Part shown: positions 44,783 through 59,740 of the stretch, in pieces
Numbering within the stretch: the stretch's first letter is position 1
Layout: every line of letters begins with the position of its first letter
Assembly (NCBI GenBank): GCA_951406725.2
Contig: OX597823.1
Location: forward strand, 106,392,001-106,456,000
Origin: Octopus vulgaris
Lineage: Eukaryota
Reading direction: 5' to 3'
DNA: 64,000 bases
The notes under the pieces: generated by a model
The model's database searches: none
What the model was told of the DNA's origin: nothing
What the model saw: the letters and a program-made list of their open reading frames with translations, nothing else
Made by a program: the position numbers and the translations under genes

Positions 44783-47383
44783 TTGGATCATCCCATTAAC
44801 AATGCGGTTTTTTTTTAAATTCAAAATTAAGATTAATGAAGTTCTTTTTAATTTAAAATTTACTCTCCCTCATTTTCTACTATACGCTACCATCTATCTG
44901 GTAGACTTGCAAGACCCCTCTTCGAAAATCCACTTGTCCGTGACGAAAAATCCTCCTCCATTGCTGTTCTGACCTTGTCTACAGAATTCATATTTTTTCT
45001 GTCTAAACGATTTTGATAACTGCGGAATGTTAGTTAGTTAGTTAGTTAATTTGGCTCAAAAGCAAATAGCAAGGCCATGTAGGGGGACATGGAGTTAAGT
45101 ACAGGGTGGTGTTCATGTAAAGAGTTCAGGCCACTTGAGGTCAAGGGAGGCTTTGAACAAAGCGGTCGTCGGCATCTTCACCATCTCGTCTGGCAGCTTG
45201 TTCCACGGATCCGCAACCCGGACGGAGTCCTCTCCTTCGATTGAGATGAAATCGTCGCAGGTAGAGCTTTTCGGAATGACCCCGCAGCCGACACTCTGGA
45301 GCAGGAGTGAAGAACAGCTCTTTCGAGAGGTTACACTTTCCGCTTATGATGTTGTGGGCGAGAATGAGATCACCACGGCGGCGGCGTTTTTCTAGAGAAT
45401 AATGGTCGAGCGTACTCAGCCTTTCTTCATAGGACAAATTTTTGAGACCATGAACCATGCGGGTAGCCAGCTTCTGGACTCTTTCGAGATGCTGTATGTC
45501 TTTGAGGAGATAAGAAGAAGAGGCTTGAATCCCGTACTCCAATATGGGTCTCACCAGCGTGACATAGAGTGGTAGGAATATGGCTGCTGTGAGCATTCCG
45601 AATGACCGTCGAATCAAGAACAGAATTCCGCGTGCTTTGTTGGCAGCATGGACGCACTGGGCCGAAGGCGAAAAGGAGGAATCCACCAAGATACCCAGGT
45701 CCTTTACCTGATCGGTCCTCTCCAGCAGCAGACGACCCGGCTCGAAATCAAGTTGAGTTGCAGGAGGAGAGCCAACAGGCAGATGACAGCACTTTGACAC
45801 GTTCAGACACAGGTCCCATTCGTTAGACCACCTCCAAATTTGGTGGAGGTATCGACGAAGATCCTCTATATCACCGCGAGGAGCGACCAGTTTGATATCG
45901 TCGGCAAATAGAAGGGTGTGTTGCGTGAGGTCGTCGGGCAAGTCATTTGTGAAGACTAAGAACAATAAGGGCCCAAGCACTGAATCTTGAGGCACGCCGC
46001 TGCTCGCACTGGAGATGTCGGACCGCGAACCATTAACTTGGACTTGGAAGGAGCGATCTGAGAGGAAGGCACCAACCCATCGTACAATATCCGGATGGAA
46101 ACTATATGCTTGAAGCTTGACAAGTAATAGGCGGTGGTTTACCGAGTCAAAAGCTTTGGCAAAGTCCAATAAAACGATGTCAACAGCATCACTATCATCG
46201 AGGATGCGCGTCACCAATTCTTCCATTACCAGTAAGTCGGTCTAGCATGATCTCTTCGGCACGAAGCCGTGTTGGGAATCAGAGATAGATGCTGTGTTTT
46301 GGAGGTGGAGCATCATACTTTTCTTAAGGATGGTTTCGAACATCTTGCTGATTATTGATGTAAATGATAATCAGATGGGGTAATGTTCGGCGAATATAGT
46401 GTGTGTGTGGGGGTATCGTTTCCCATTCAAACTGCTCCAACCTTTGGGATGTCATCCTCGCTGTGTGGCCGAGCATTATCCTGAGGAAAGAATACCGTTC
46501 ATCTTGAAACCAAAGATGGTCGTTTTTCTTCAAACGCTGACTTAAGCCGCTCAAGTAGCTCGCAGTAGATCTCCTTTCTTGTCGTTTGGTTTGAATTAAA
46601 AAGTTCAAAGTGGACTTTCACACCCCACCAAAACAAATAACACTTTGCATGAGTGAAGACCTTCTTTAGAGTGAGGTGCCGATGCTTCTCCTTTCCCTAC
46701 CTTTCGCCTGTGTTCGGCGCTTGATATTTTTATAGAGAACTCATTTCACGTCACCAATCACTATTCGGTCCAAAAAAGTTCATTCATGAGATGTGACAGC
46801 AAAGAAGTGCACACATTCACTCTTTACGAACGATTAGACTCGGAAAGTTTGTGAGGAACCCATTGACCCCATTTGGTGGCTTTTCCGATGGCATGCAGGT
46901 GAATGGTTGAATGACCAAATCCAAGCTTCTCTGCTAGTTCCTCAACAGTTACGCTGGGATTTTGTTCCACCAGGGTTTGAAGGACGTCCTCGCCAAGCTT
47001 TACAGATCTTCCAGGACGAGGCTCGTCTCCTAGGCTGTCTTTTCTGGCTCGGAATTTCTGAAACCACCATTGACACTAGCTTACGCTTATTGTCCGATAC
47101 CCATATACTGCATTTAATATTCCTCGCTCTTTCCGCTGCGTTGTTACCTTTATTGAACTCATAAAGCAGAATATGCCGAATTTGCTCCTTTGTCACTTCC
47201 ATTATAGCTTTGAAAAAATAACTGTTAAAATCGTACTACACACTTCTAAACTTGCACAAAGAATAAGTACAAGGTAAAATTACTACCTGTTTTTATAGCA
47301 ATGTGATACAGGTAGTTTACCCCTACCCCGCGACATTTTGTTCCTGCAATTGAAAACACCGCATTATTTATGGAATGACCCAA
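44783..47383 (-). mobile_element. Full-length (about 1.27 kb net) degenerate mariner interrupted by a CR1 LINE
   Basis: TIRs ttgggtcattccataaataatgcgg (47383) and ttggatcatcccattaacaatgcgg (44783). Protein pieces MEVTKEQIRHILLYEF, QWVPH, YSPNITPSDYH | FRS..KRGLASLPDRW. Confidence 0.9.
45029..46361 (-). mobile_element. CR1-clade LINE, 5'-truncated, RT largely intact
   Basis: ORF 46226-45141 contains LDFAKAFDSVNH, SGVPQDSVLGPLLF, LFADDIKL, VKDLGI, LVRPILEY and LERVQKLATRMV, with QHGF upstream and a (CTAA)n tail. Confidence 0.95.
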
Positions 47384-47823
47384 TATTAATTCGTACATCA
47401 GTGAGCAATTTATAAGTAAAATTGTGTGGTACACTGTTCTATTCATACGTGGTTTTCATTCTAATTAACAATTATTTCTGAGCTGCGATTCAGTCGATAT
47501 TTCTTATATCTATTCTTGGCGAATTCCTCAAACGTTTTTATTTGGGGGTAGATTCACTCACATTCTCTTCTTATCGGCATCGTCATTCTTACTTTTCAGC
47601 TCGTGAGGAGTATGGTGAACTGAGGTCTTATTGGATTAACGCCTCTTTACAATTCTCCTGACTTGATAGCATAGTAGAACTTGAAAGTTTGACTTTGTAT
47701 TGATGATGGCAACTAGAAATTAGTTCTGATCTTGCTTCTAAGATGATTATTTCTTCGCTGAAGAAATTTACATGCGCATGCGCGCGCGCACACACACACA
47801 CACACTTGTACATATACCTAGCC

Positions 47824-47885
<62 letters not shown>

Positions 47886-48364
47886 CGTGCGAGTGTTTAT
47901 AGGCATAATATTTTGGGTTTATCTATGCAAAATACGTAGGTCATAAGTGTCTTACTCTGTTTTTATATATCTATCAGGGTTAGGACGATTATTACTGTTA
48001 TTTAGCCCTTGGAAAGATCGTCTGCAGCTGGCTATACGACACACTATTTGCGTCCTTATATTTTCGAACAAGGGAGTTTGGTGGTGCCATCTCAAGCCGA
48101 GCAGTCATTCTGTGCTGCCAAAGAGAAATAACCCAGAAACCATTGATACGCAGATATTGCTCTGAGCTGAGTGGGGAAGCTAAAATCTCTTGTTCGAATT
48201 TATAAGGACGCAGATAGTGTGTCGTATACCCAACTGGAGACTGTGTTTCCTGGAGCCAAATAATAGTAACAGTCATGCTAACCAGGACTGCCACATTATG
48301 TTGGCAAATAATCTTTACTATATGCGTGTGTGTATGTGTGTTAGTATGCTTGTGTGTGTGTATA

Positions 48365-49447
48365 CAGGGTGCGGTGCATAAATTGTTTAAATTACACACA
48401 AAGGAAAATAACACTGACATCTCATTTTAACAGATATATTTATCTAAGTTGCACAGAAATATCTTGAAATACTAAAGAGTAAATTTATTCGATATAATCG
48501 CCACTGGCTTCAATCACGGCCTCCAGACGACTTCGGAATCTCTTGCAACTCTTCTGGGTGGTCTCATTGTTTAAGTTGGTGAATGCTGCCATAATCCTTG
48601 CCTTCTCCCGTGTTAGAAGCACCCGTGTAACATCTCCCGTGTTAGAAGCAGCTGTCTTGGTCTCTCGCTCAACTGCACCCCACACATAATAATCAAGGAG
48701 GTTACAGTCTGGGGAGTCAGGTGGCCAGATGTTAGGGGTAGTATGGTCGCAGAAATTGTCTGACAGCTATGACTGGGTTCTCCTACTTGTGTGGAGTAGT
48801 GCAGAATCTTGTTGCCAGTCATAGGGTCTTCCAGCAGCCACCCTCTTCACCCAGCGAAGCACTACCTCCTCCAGACACTTAATGTAGGCCTCCGTGTTGA
48901 GTTCGAGGCCATGTGGGAAGATGAATGAAGGCATAACGTTGCCATCACAAGTGATCACTCCAAACACCAAGATGTTGGGATAAAAATTGAGTATGAGAAA
49001 TACCGAATGTCTTCATGCATTACATACCTGATAAGAAACTCAAATGCTCCCATGTCCCTGGCGATGGACCAGATTGACTTGGAGGGATCGTTGTCATTCA
49101 TGGCCCGGATCTCATCAACAAGTTCTGGAATTCTTTTCTTTTTTTCATCAGAACGACTAGAGTGAGTTTTCCGAGCTGTCGTAAATCGTAAACACCATTA
49201 GACTCATCCAACTCTTCCCAAATTCTTTGTGTTGTCCTCAGATTGAGACCCAAACACTCTTTGGAGACGCAGTACAGCATGCCGTTTCCAAATTTCTGGC
49301 AAAGTTAATCAATTCATGGCGCATTTTTTTTTTCTCACAGGCGGTGCCAAACTGACCCTACTATGCTGTGTAGACGACAAAATCAAAAACAAACAATGCG
49401 CATGTACGAACTTAAAAAATAAAATGGCGACAATTTACCCATCGCAG
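48365..49447 (-). mobile_element. DD37D (maT-family) transposon relic, internally deleted
   Basis: TIRs cagggtgcggtgcataaattgt and acaatttacccatcgca. Protein pieces MVFGVITCDG, WQQDSA..WPPDSPDCNLLD (37 spacing) and FRSRLEAVIEASGDYIE*. Confidence 0.88.
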
Positions 49448-49483
49448 GCTCTCTCTCTCTCTTTCTTTCTCTCTGTTTTTGTC

Positions 49484-49589
<106 letters not shown>

Positions 49590-50013
49590 CATATATTACG
49601 AAGATGTACTTGCATAGCAAATGACTTGATCTGAGATCGTGTGCAAAAATGTGGCAGCGTGGAAGATATTTGTAAGCCATTTAAGAACACACAAAAACCG
49701 TTAGTTTCACTTCAACATTTAGATTTAAAATATTTAAAATATTTAAAATCGTCGCTTTGAAACCGCGAGCTGATCATTGAGAAAACATCGTGCTGCATTT
49801 AAGAAAGTAACAGTTAGTTCATGATATATTTGCGTTTATGTATGTATGTATGTATGTATGTATGTATGTATGTATGTATGTATGTATGTATGTATGTAGG
49901 TATGTATGTATGCATGTATGAACTTTCGTTTTTCACACGTTTTTCTCTCTTTTGTTTACGTATTTCACGCTATTTGCACCGTTTGTGACGCCCTGTTACC
50001 ATATATGCATATA

Positions 50014-50120
<107 letters not shown>

Positions 50121-50153
50121 CCTTATTAAAAAGAGCAAAATTATCACAAAAAA

Positions 50154-50187
50154 CTGTTACTCAGAGTTTCACGTTCCCGTTCGTCGA
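50154..50187 (-). ncRNA. Minimal hammerhead-like motif, 5'-truncated, in a 70-bp (TA)n insert
   Basis: Minus strand: TCGACGA-ACG-GGAA-CGT-GAAACTCTGAGTA-ACAG. Stem II with GNRA loop, quasi-palindromic stem III and GUA triplet; the 5' strand of stem I is missing. Confidence 0.6.
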
Positions 50188-50224
50188 TATATATACATAT
50201 AATATTATTATTTATCATTTATTA

Positions 50225-50315
<91 letters not shown>

Positions 50316-51094
50316 ATATGTATAAGAAAGGTATAAAGGTAAAAGGGATTATGGAATCTGGGCGAATACTTTACAAGCACTTTGTAGGTATGTAGGTATC
50401 AAAACTACTTATTACATTCTCCAGTGGATGCCTTGGTATTCCACATAGATTATAAATTCACTTCCTTCCAACAGACCAACTTAAATATCCGAACATTTTA
50501 AAGTACTATATTTTTTAGTATGTGAATTCTTTTAATAAAAGTTTTACAGTTATTATTTTTCAATTATCTTTTAAGGATATTGAAGAAAACATTTCCAATT
50601 TTTTTGGTTTTTAGCCTTTTATCGTTAATTTTAAAGCTTTTTCTTTTCATTTTACAATATAGTGTACACTTCGTAGGATTAACTTACTTAATGTATACTT
50701 GAGAATCAAAGTAAATGACATGTATCAGAGTAAGTAGCTACTGTTCTAATTTAGTCGCTTTTGTTTAGAATTCATTTTATATTTTAAAATTGTTCTGTCT
50801 GATCTATCTCAACTTAATTTGTAATACAATTATTTATAAAAGCATATGGTACTTTAACGTAAAATGGAGTATTAGACGTAATTCCTCGTTGTAACCATTT
50901 TAATAAATGAAATATTGCATCGATTTAATGCGCAAAAATGTTGCATTTCAGTATTTAGAGATCCTCTACTCTATTCGAAACGTACGTAGTTGATAAATCA
51001 TGAATAAACCTTTCTTTTTGATGTTATCTCTCTCTCCCTCTTTATAGATACAAACATATCTGTGTGCGTATATGTGTGTGTGAGTGTGTGTGTT

Positions 51095-51140
<46 letters not shown>

Positions 51141-51354
51141 CGTGCGTGTGTGTATACGTATGTAGTCATATATGCAAAAGTGTTTCATCTCTCAATATCT
51201 GAAATCTGATTCATATAGCGCCAATTGCTTGTAAATATACGCTAATAGTTCTTACTCCATTCCTTTATCTGTTCAGCTATCTCTCACCCGAGTATATATA
51301 TCCATCCATATATCAATATATATGAAAGTCTATCTACCTACCTTCCTACCTATA

Positions 51355-51425
<71 letters not shown>

Positions 51426-52207
51426 ATATATATATATATATATATATATCTATCTATATATATATATATGTCTATCTATCTGCCTTTCTGTCTGTCTATC
51501 TGTTTATCTGTCAATCTATTCATCTAACTTTATATATAGCATGAAAGAATATTACAAATTACATATACACAGTCTGATGTGTATGCAAGCTAAATTTTTA
51601 TATCTAAAACATATACCATGAAGTTCCTCATTGATGCACACACTGTTACACATACACATTCATGTACATGCACACTCATACAATAATATATACATTTAAA
51701 CACCCAGAAACAACTTTCCCAACACGCACCCACTAACACATTTATAGACACAGCCCACAACCACACACATATCTATATATATTGAAATCAGGTAATATCT
51801 GGCTATGTGTTCTATCAAAGTGTTTCCATTCATTTGGCATCATTGTCTGTCCCAGCCAGCATCAAGACGGCTATACTACACGAACTCTGCTACGCCTCAC
51901 ACCAGGTCAGCTGGAATGCTATATCTGATTAGATGAGCATTGCTCAAAGATGTAACTTGGCAATTTATCTCCGACTTTTAATGGAAAAGGATTCAGATGA
52001 CATTAATCGATATAAAAATAGTAAAATAAAACAAAAATAGAAACTATAACATAATATAGAAACATTGTAGATTGATCGATATGGAATATAATTTTGTGTT
52101 GTCTTAATGTATGCCATGAATACATACATAAATACATACATATACATATATGCATATATATGTATGTATTTATGTGTGCATGTATCTGCATCGCTTTCTT
52201 TACAGTA

Positions 52208-52273
<66 letters not shown>

Positions 52274-52288
52274 ATATACATACATACA

Positions 52289-52324
<36 letters not shown>

Positions 52325-52760
52325 TATCCATTGGTATAGATGTATGCGCATATACATCTATAAATTTATAAAATATAAGTGTATATATATGTTTACATCT
52401 ATACAAATAGCTACATATATGTATATATAAATTTCTGTATATATGTATGATTCCAGAAACGTAGATGGATGTGTGTGTGTATATATATATACAGCAATAA
52501 AAAGAAGTTTGTACATACATATATATGTGTGTGTGTGTTTGTGTATATTTGTATGTGTATGTATGTGTGTGCATATATGTCTGTATAAAATGACAGTTAC
52601 AGAGATGAAAACACAAATTAATACATACGGTGAAAAGTATTTGAATTCCACATTATATATGCTTGTATTGTAACTTTATATTTCTAAATATAGACATATA
52701 TACATGCTTACATACATATGTATGCATATGTGAGTACCAGTATACATTCATATGTGTGTC

Positions 52761-52851
<91 letters not shown>

Positions 52852-52941
52852 TAATATATAAATAGTAACTATCTATATATTTATACTTAGTTATTCATCG
52901 TCTGAGTATCTTCAGTCTTTGCTTTCTTTCTATTAACATGC

Positions 52942-53538
52942 GTACATACATACATACATACATACATACATACACACATACATACATACATACATACATA
53001 CATACATACATACATACATACATACATACAAACATACAAAAATACATACATACATACAAACATACATACATACATACATACATACAAACATACATACATA
53101 CATACATACATACATACATACAAACCATACATACGAACGTACATGCATACACACACACATACATACATACATACATACATACATACATACACACATACAT
53201 ACATACATACATACATACATACATACATACATACATACATACATACAAACATACAAAAATACATACATACATACAAACATACATACATACATACATACAT
53301 ACATACATACATACATACATACATACATACATACATACATACATACATACATACATACAAACATACAAAAATACATACATACATACAAACATACATACAT
53401 ACATACATACATACAAACATACATACATACATACATACATACATACAAACCATACATACGAACGTACATGCATACACACACACACACACATACATACATA
53501 CATACATACATACATACAGACATACATTCATACATACA

Positions 53539-53570
<32 letters not shown>
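52942..53570. repeat. (TACA)n array with internal higher-order duplications
   Basis: Variant caaaccatacatacgaacgtacatgc at 53121 and 53447. Confidence 0.95.
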
Positions 53571-53576
<6 letters not shown>

Positions 53577-53817
53577 AGGGCTGCAATTGCAACGATTACT
53601 AACCGTGTGTTGGGCTTAAAAGACAATACATAATTGCATTAGAATAAAGGTAATGCTGTTGCTACTTCGGAGTAATCCTTATTGTTAATATTCTCCGTAT
53701 ATATAAATTGTATATGAAACCCTCCAACCTAAGACGTTCTCTTTAACTCGCATATCTGCATAATTGTCTCACTGTCTAACTATCCCTCTTCTCTATATCG
53801 CTCTCTCATTATATATA

Positions 53818-53932
<115 letters not shown>

Positions 53933-53946
53933 TATATATATAAAAA

Positions 53947-54459
<513 letters not shown>

Positions 54460-54749
54460 TATGCGTGTATGTCTGTGTGTGTGTGTGTGTGTGTAATAAG
54501 AACAAGTTTCAAAGATAAAAGACTCCACGTGGTATTGATAGGGGAAAAGTAAAAAGAAAATGTACACTAGGTATAAAATTAATGGCTTTTTTTATAAAAC
54601 GGATTTTTTTGTTTAAAAAGTCTTTACTTTTTATACCTTTTCTTTGTTTCTCTTTTACTTTTTACTTCTACACAATAATATATATATATATATATATATA
54701 TTGCCCCAGAATGGCCACAGCTCTGAGCTGAAACTACAAAAAAGAGAAG

Positions 54750-54796
<47 letters not shown>

Positions 54797-55086
54797 AAAC
54801 ATGCGTATATTGAGTGTGTATGTCTTTGTTTAGCACATAACTGCTTGAAAATAAATTCATTGTCCCTAACTTCAATAGAGCTAGACTAAACAAAAAGAAA
54901 CTCATGAAAACGCCAGACCTTGTAGAAGTCAACCACGTTCCAATTAAGACCAACCAGCGAAGAGCAGAGGAAGTAGCTATATATAGAAAAATGTTCATTA
55001 CATGTTTATATATGTGTTCGTATGTGCATTTGCATGCATGCACATACGAACACACACACACAAATATATATATATATATACATATA

Positions 55087-55434
55087 TGTGGCATCTTGGG
55101 CAAGTGTCTTCTGCTATAGTCCCGGGCCGACCAATACCTTGAGAGTGGATTTGGTAGACGGAAACTTAAAGAAGCCTGTCGTATATATGTATATACATAT
55201 ATATGTGTGTGTGCATGTGTTTGTGTGTCTGTATTTGTCCCCCTAGCATTGCTTGACAACTGATGCTGGTGTGTTTACGTCCCCGTCACCTAGCGGTTCG
55301 GCAAATCAGACCGATAGAATAAGTACAGGGCTTACAAAGAATAAGTCCCGGGGTCGATTTGCTCGACTAAAGGTGGTGCTCCAGCATGGCCGCAGTTAAA
55401 TGACTGAAACAAGTAAAAGAGTAAAGAGTAAAGA

Positions 55435-55436
<2 letters not shown>
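55087..55436 (+). mobile_element. SINE family B, 5'-truncated
   Basis: Consensus match from gtggcatcttgggcaag to the GTAAAAGA tail. Confidence 0.92.
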
Positions 55437-55501
<65 letters not shown>

Positions 55502-55666
55502 TATTTACATTCATACTTACAAACTTATATATATTCACATATGTTAGTTATACAAATAATTATATATTTTCGTTCATTAAACCAAGATTACACTCATACG
55601 TACATTCCTGGTTTTTCGTTCTTTTCTTCATATATGCTTTTTCTTAGTTCTTTCTCTTCTTTTCTA

Positions 55667-55700
55667 GACCCGACGAAGAACCTTGTCCGAAACGTAATAC
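55667..55700 (+). ncRNA. Minimal hammerhead-like motif
   Basis: CCGACGA-A-GAAC-CTT-GTCC-GAAACGTA. Same architecture as 36203, but stems I and II are imperfect. Confidence 0.55.
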
Positions 55701-56113
55701 GTTTACTCGATAACTTTCATTTTATAACGTTCCTCTTTTGAGCTTTAACACATAAAAGCATTAGCTGTGAATGTTCCTCGCTTTCTAACTCTCTCTCTCT
55801 CCTCTCTCTCTCTATCTCTATCTCTTCCTTTTTCTGCTGCTGTGTCTATACACATATATTTGTGCGTTTATGTGTATGTGTGTGTTTGTGTATGCATTTA
55901 TGCATAGGAACAGGTCTTTACAAACTATTCAATGTGTTATATTTTACGGATGTTCAAAAGGAACCTGACATTGTCTTTTAAAATACTGTTAGATGTATCA
56001 TGTTGTCCGATTTGTATGGAAATTGTATCAATTTCTGCTCACTTAGTTTATCATCCTCTGCTTACCATTGTCATTACGTTCTAAAATGTGAATTTCTTTG
56101 ATCATTTTCTCTG

Positions 56114-56211
<98 letters not shown>

Positions 56212-56523
56212 GAAAAAATTTAAAACAGAGAGTTACTTACTTGCAAATAAATGTGTTAACATGTGACATTATTGACCGAGGTTACCGTGGTCTTTTCCGC
56301 AGGATTTTCTTTCCATGGATAAACCTTATCTGCTTCTCCCTTTACATTTTACATCATGACATTTCTGTGATACACGATCCCTATTGATCGATTTTTCTTT
56401 TCTTTTTTTCCTTTCCACGATCCCTTTTGATCGAAAACCTACCCCACATTTTTTCTCTCCTCAAAAAGAAAAGCTCTACTTTGCCCCGTCTGTGTCCAGC
56501 CCTGTGTGGCTAATAAAGAAGCA

Positions 56524-56524
<1 letters not shown>
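56212..56524 (+). mobile_element. LINE 3' UTR fragment (L1/Tx1-like) inside (TCTA)n
   Basis: Ends tttgccccgtctgtgtccagccctgtgtggctAATAAAgaa, resembling the end of the Tx1 relic at about 15750. TCTA arrays lie on both sides. Confidence 0.5.
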
Positions 56525-56609
<85 letters not shown>

Positions 56610-57118
56610 CCTACCTACCTATCTGTCTGTATGTGTGTCTGTCTGAGTGTCTGCTTGTCTGTCTGGCTGTTCTCAGACTGTGTTTATTTCTCGATTTTGA
56701 TACATGTGAGTGTGTGTAGTGAAGATGCTCACTTTACGAAGTGGTTTCGGGTTAATCCCATTGCACGACTCTCTTCTAATACAGCACAGAACGAGCTGAT
56801 GCATTGTGAATGAATTTTCCTAGGCGTATACGGTTGTGAACCCCATCATGAAACATATGCACAGAGGGATAACTAAGCAAGTAACGCAATTGATAAGGAA
56901 AGATGAAGGCCTAATTCAAAGCAAGGAACATTTCACATAACTCTCACTACATAAACCTGACGATTGCGTTACGCATGAAAATCCCAGTTTATTTCAATAT
57001 TGTAAAATTCTAAAAGTTGGAAATAATAAAACATGAAAACCAGGAATTTCATTGATTAATATATTGTTTTGTACACAATCATACAAATTCATACACACGC
57101 ACACACACACACACACAC

Positions 57119-57167
<49 letters not shown>

Positions 57168-57226
57168 CACGCATATATATATAAATGTACATATACATAT
57201 ATATATATATTTATATATATATACAA

Positions 57227-57310
<84 letters not shown>

Positions 57311-57318
57311 ATATATAT

Positions 57319-58750
57319 TTAGTAGAAATATGTTACAAAAAGAAAATAAGGGTAAAATATGAAAAATTAATGAAAATGCACATTGCAAATAAAAAAAGGC
57401 TTTTTATGACAGGTAACAACAAATATATACATTTAGATGGACTGAGGTAGTAATAAGAGTCATAAAAGTCATTATTATGAGATGATTATAAGATGATAAT
57501 AAAGTAAGAGAACGAAGCGAACCATGGTCTCGGCAAAACTATTCATCGCTTTGAAAACACCGGCTAATACACGGTGTCAGGTTTAATAGTTCCTGAGAAA
57601 AAAGAGTATTTGTAAGGGAGGTAAGTAGTTCTGGATTTAGAGATGTGAGTGGTGTAGGAAGCGTATTGGGGTTAGTGGTTTCAATTGAAGAGTTAGTGGT
57701 GTTCTGTATTGAGTTGTGTGTTCATATTTAGTTGTGGAAGAAATTTATCGATGAAAAATGCATCTTTATTCAACCTTTGTGGAATTGTGGTGTTCTGTGA
57801 ACATTGATAAAAGGGAAAGATTTGGAAATTGAGATTAAGATTCCTGGCACACCTTTCTGTGTGTTCACTCACCTTTAACTGTCTGTATTGTGGGTGGCGG
57901 ATTTGCCCTTTGTGAACGGTGGTTCTTTGATGGAGCGAAATTCCTGTTTGTCCAATATAGAGTTTACCACATCCTATGCATGTCATGACATAGCTTACAT
58001 TTGCTGAGGCGCAGGTGAAATTTGATTTGATCTTAAATATTTCTCCTTGCTTGAATTGGAATTCTCAACCTTCCAGAAGTTGGGGGCATGTTCCACAGTT
58101 AGAACGTCCACATTTTGTCACTTTTGGCTCTGTTGTTAGTGGATACAGTCTAGCGCTGGTTAATATTTTTTTCAGTGACTTCGGTTGCTTTTTGCTTTTT
58201 ATAATTTTATATGAGCTTAAAATTTCGTTCATTGTTTTGTCTGCTGTGAGGATGGGAAGATTTTGGGTGATGATGTTGAAGGCTTCGTTGTTTCTAGGGT
58301 TATGTGTGGAAATGTACGGGAGTATTTTTAAGTCTTGTTTAGTATTTCGGCTACTTTTCCTTAACATTTGTATATCTATTTCCTTAGCTCTTTTGATGCC
58401 TTCATTTACTAATGAGATTGGGTAATGTCTTTTAGTTAGTGTAGATCTAAATTCAAGGATACTTTGTTCTCGAGTGTATGTATCGGAAACTATGGTGCAG
58501 ATTCTTTTCTCTAGGTTAAAGGGTATGTTGATTTTTATGTGTTTGGGGTGGCAGGAGTTAAATAATAGGTATTGTTTAGAATCTGTGGGTTTATAAAAAG
58601 TGTCTGTTTCTATGTGGTTGTTAACTATTCTAATTAAGATGTCTGCAAAAGGAAGTTGTTTACTGTTGCGTTCCATAGTGAATTGTATATTGCTGTGTAT
58701 GTTGTTGAGCACTCTTTTGAAATCAAGGATTTGATCCAGGCTATCTTTCC
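57319..58750 (-). mobile_element. Penelope-like retroelement, 5'-truncated (RT C-terminus, Cys-rich linker, GIY-YIG endonuclease, 3' pLTR)
   Basis: LNNIHSNIQFTME..LPFADILI..YKPTDSKQYLLFNSCHPKH, linker CGRSNCGTC, and CIGCGKLYIGQTG..LHQR..H..VSEH. Frameshifted, with (TA)n on both sides. Confidence 0.93.
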
Positions 58751-59319
58751 TATATATATATATATATATATATACAGTCGTCTGGAACAACTGAATCTCA
58801 GTCAGTCAGTTGATGGGCTCCACTACTTCAAATGTTCTTAAAATTTAAATCCTCATCTTTGTCTATATATCTACCTTCTCTATAATGTTGCCACTTGATA
58901 TGAAAATTTTTGTATTGATGGAAAACCTCTATAATTGGCTGATGAGTGCTCAGCATTTTAAAACTGTTGTAATGACAACCGCTTTTTGTTCCCTCGCCTG
59001 GTATGTATGGGTGGCGTCTGTGCTTGCATACTGTTTTGTAGAATATGGGAAGTCTATGGGTGTGTACGTGCATAGCTTTTATGGAATTTAAAAAAAAAGT
59101 TTTCTTCCGGATACTTCCATGCGAATGAATATTTTAACATCAATTTGATTATTCTATAGTTATGAATAGGTGTAAAGGAGTGTAGAGTAATGTGCAGGTG
59201 TGCACAGGTGTGTATGAATAGCATTAATTTCATAAATTCAAATTACATGTCATCAAAACTTTGAACTCCTACATTCTTCTTTCATAATGGTGAATCTACA
59301 GTTGTTGTTGTTGTTGTTA

Positions 59320-59740
59320 CTGTTATTTAACACCAGGTCAAACTTGATTGCGATAACCTATTACCAAAGTCATTTCAAACATGACTGCACAGTAGTTTTA
59401 TATACCAAGGAGTACATTTCAAGTCGTTAGTGCTTAATTTGAGGAATACTTGCTTGCTATTTCTGTCACGTCTAATGGCCAATTAGAGCGACTATTTGTG
59501 CTTTGTAAATTCCTGATCCAGAAGACCTATGACGAAAGTTACCCTAGCAATTACCATTCCATGTTTCATTCAAACATGCTTATCGAGAACCACGTTATAC
59601 AAATAGTCCCTAATTTTTTCTGAGACATTAGAGCCTTGTTTGAAGGATCTTTGGCTGTTATTTTTTAGCCATTCACCATATTCCGTCTTTGGTAATTCAT
59701 GCTTTGCTACGTTTATAGTCACATTTCGGAAGATTTAGCT
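59320..59740 (-). repeat. Degraded copies of repeat family E
   Basis: gacctatga..aaag..cc.agc..t.accattcc and tttgaagga..tttggctgttattt motifs resemble 17400-17590. Confidence 0.4.

Noticed and set aside
45141-46226. Functional or domesticated reverse transcriptase gene
   Set aside because: 5'-truncated CR1 copy with an upstream stop, a QG-to-QD change and a C-terminal frameshift.
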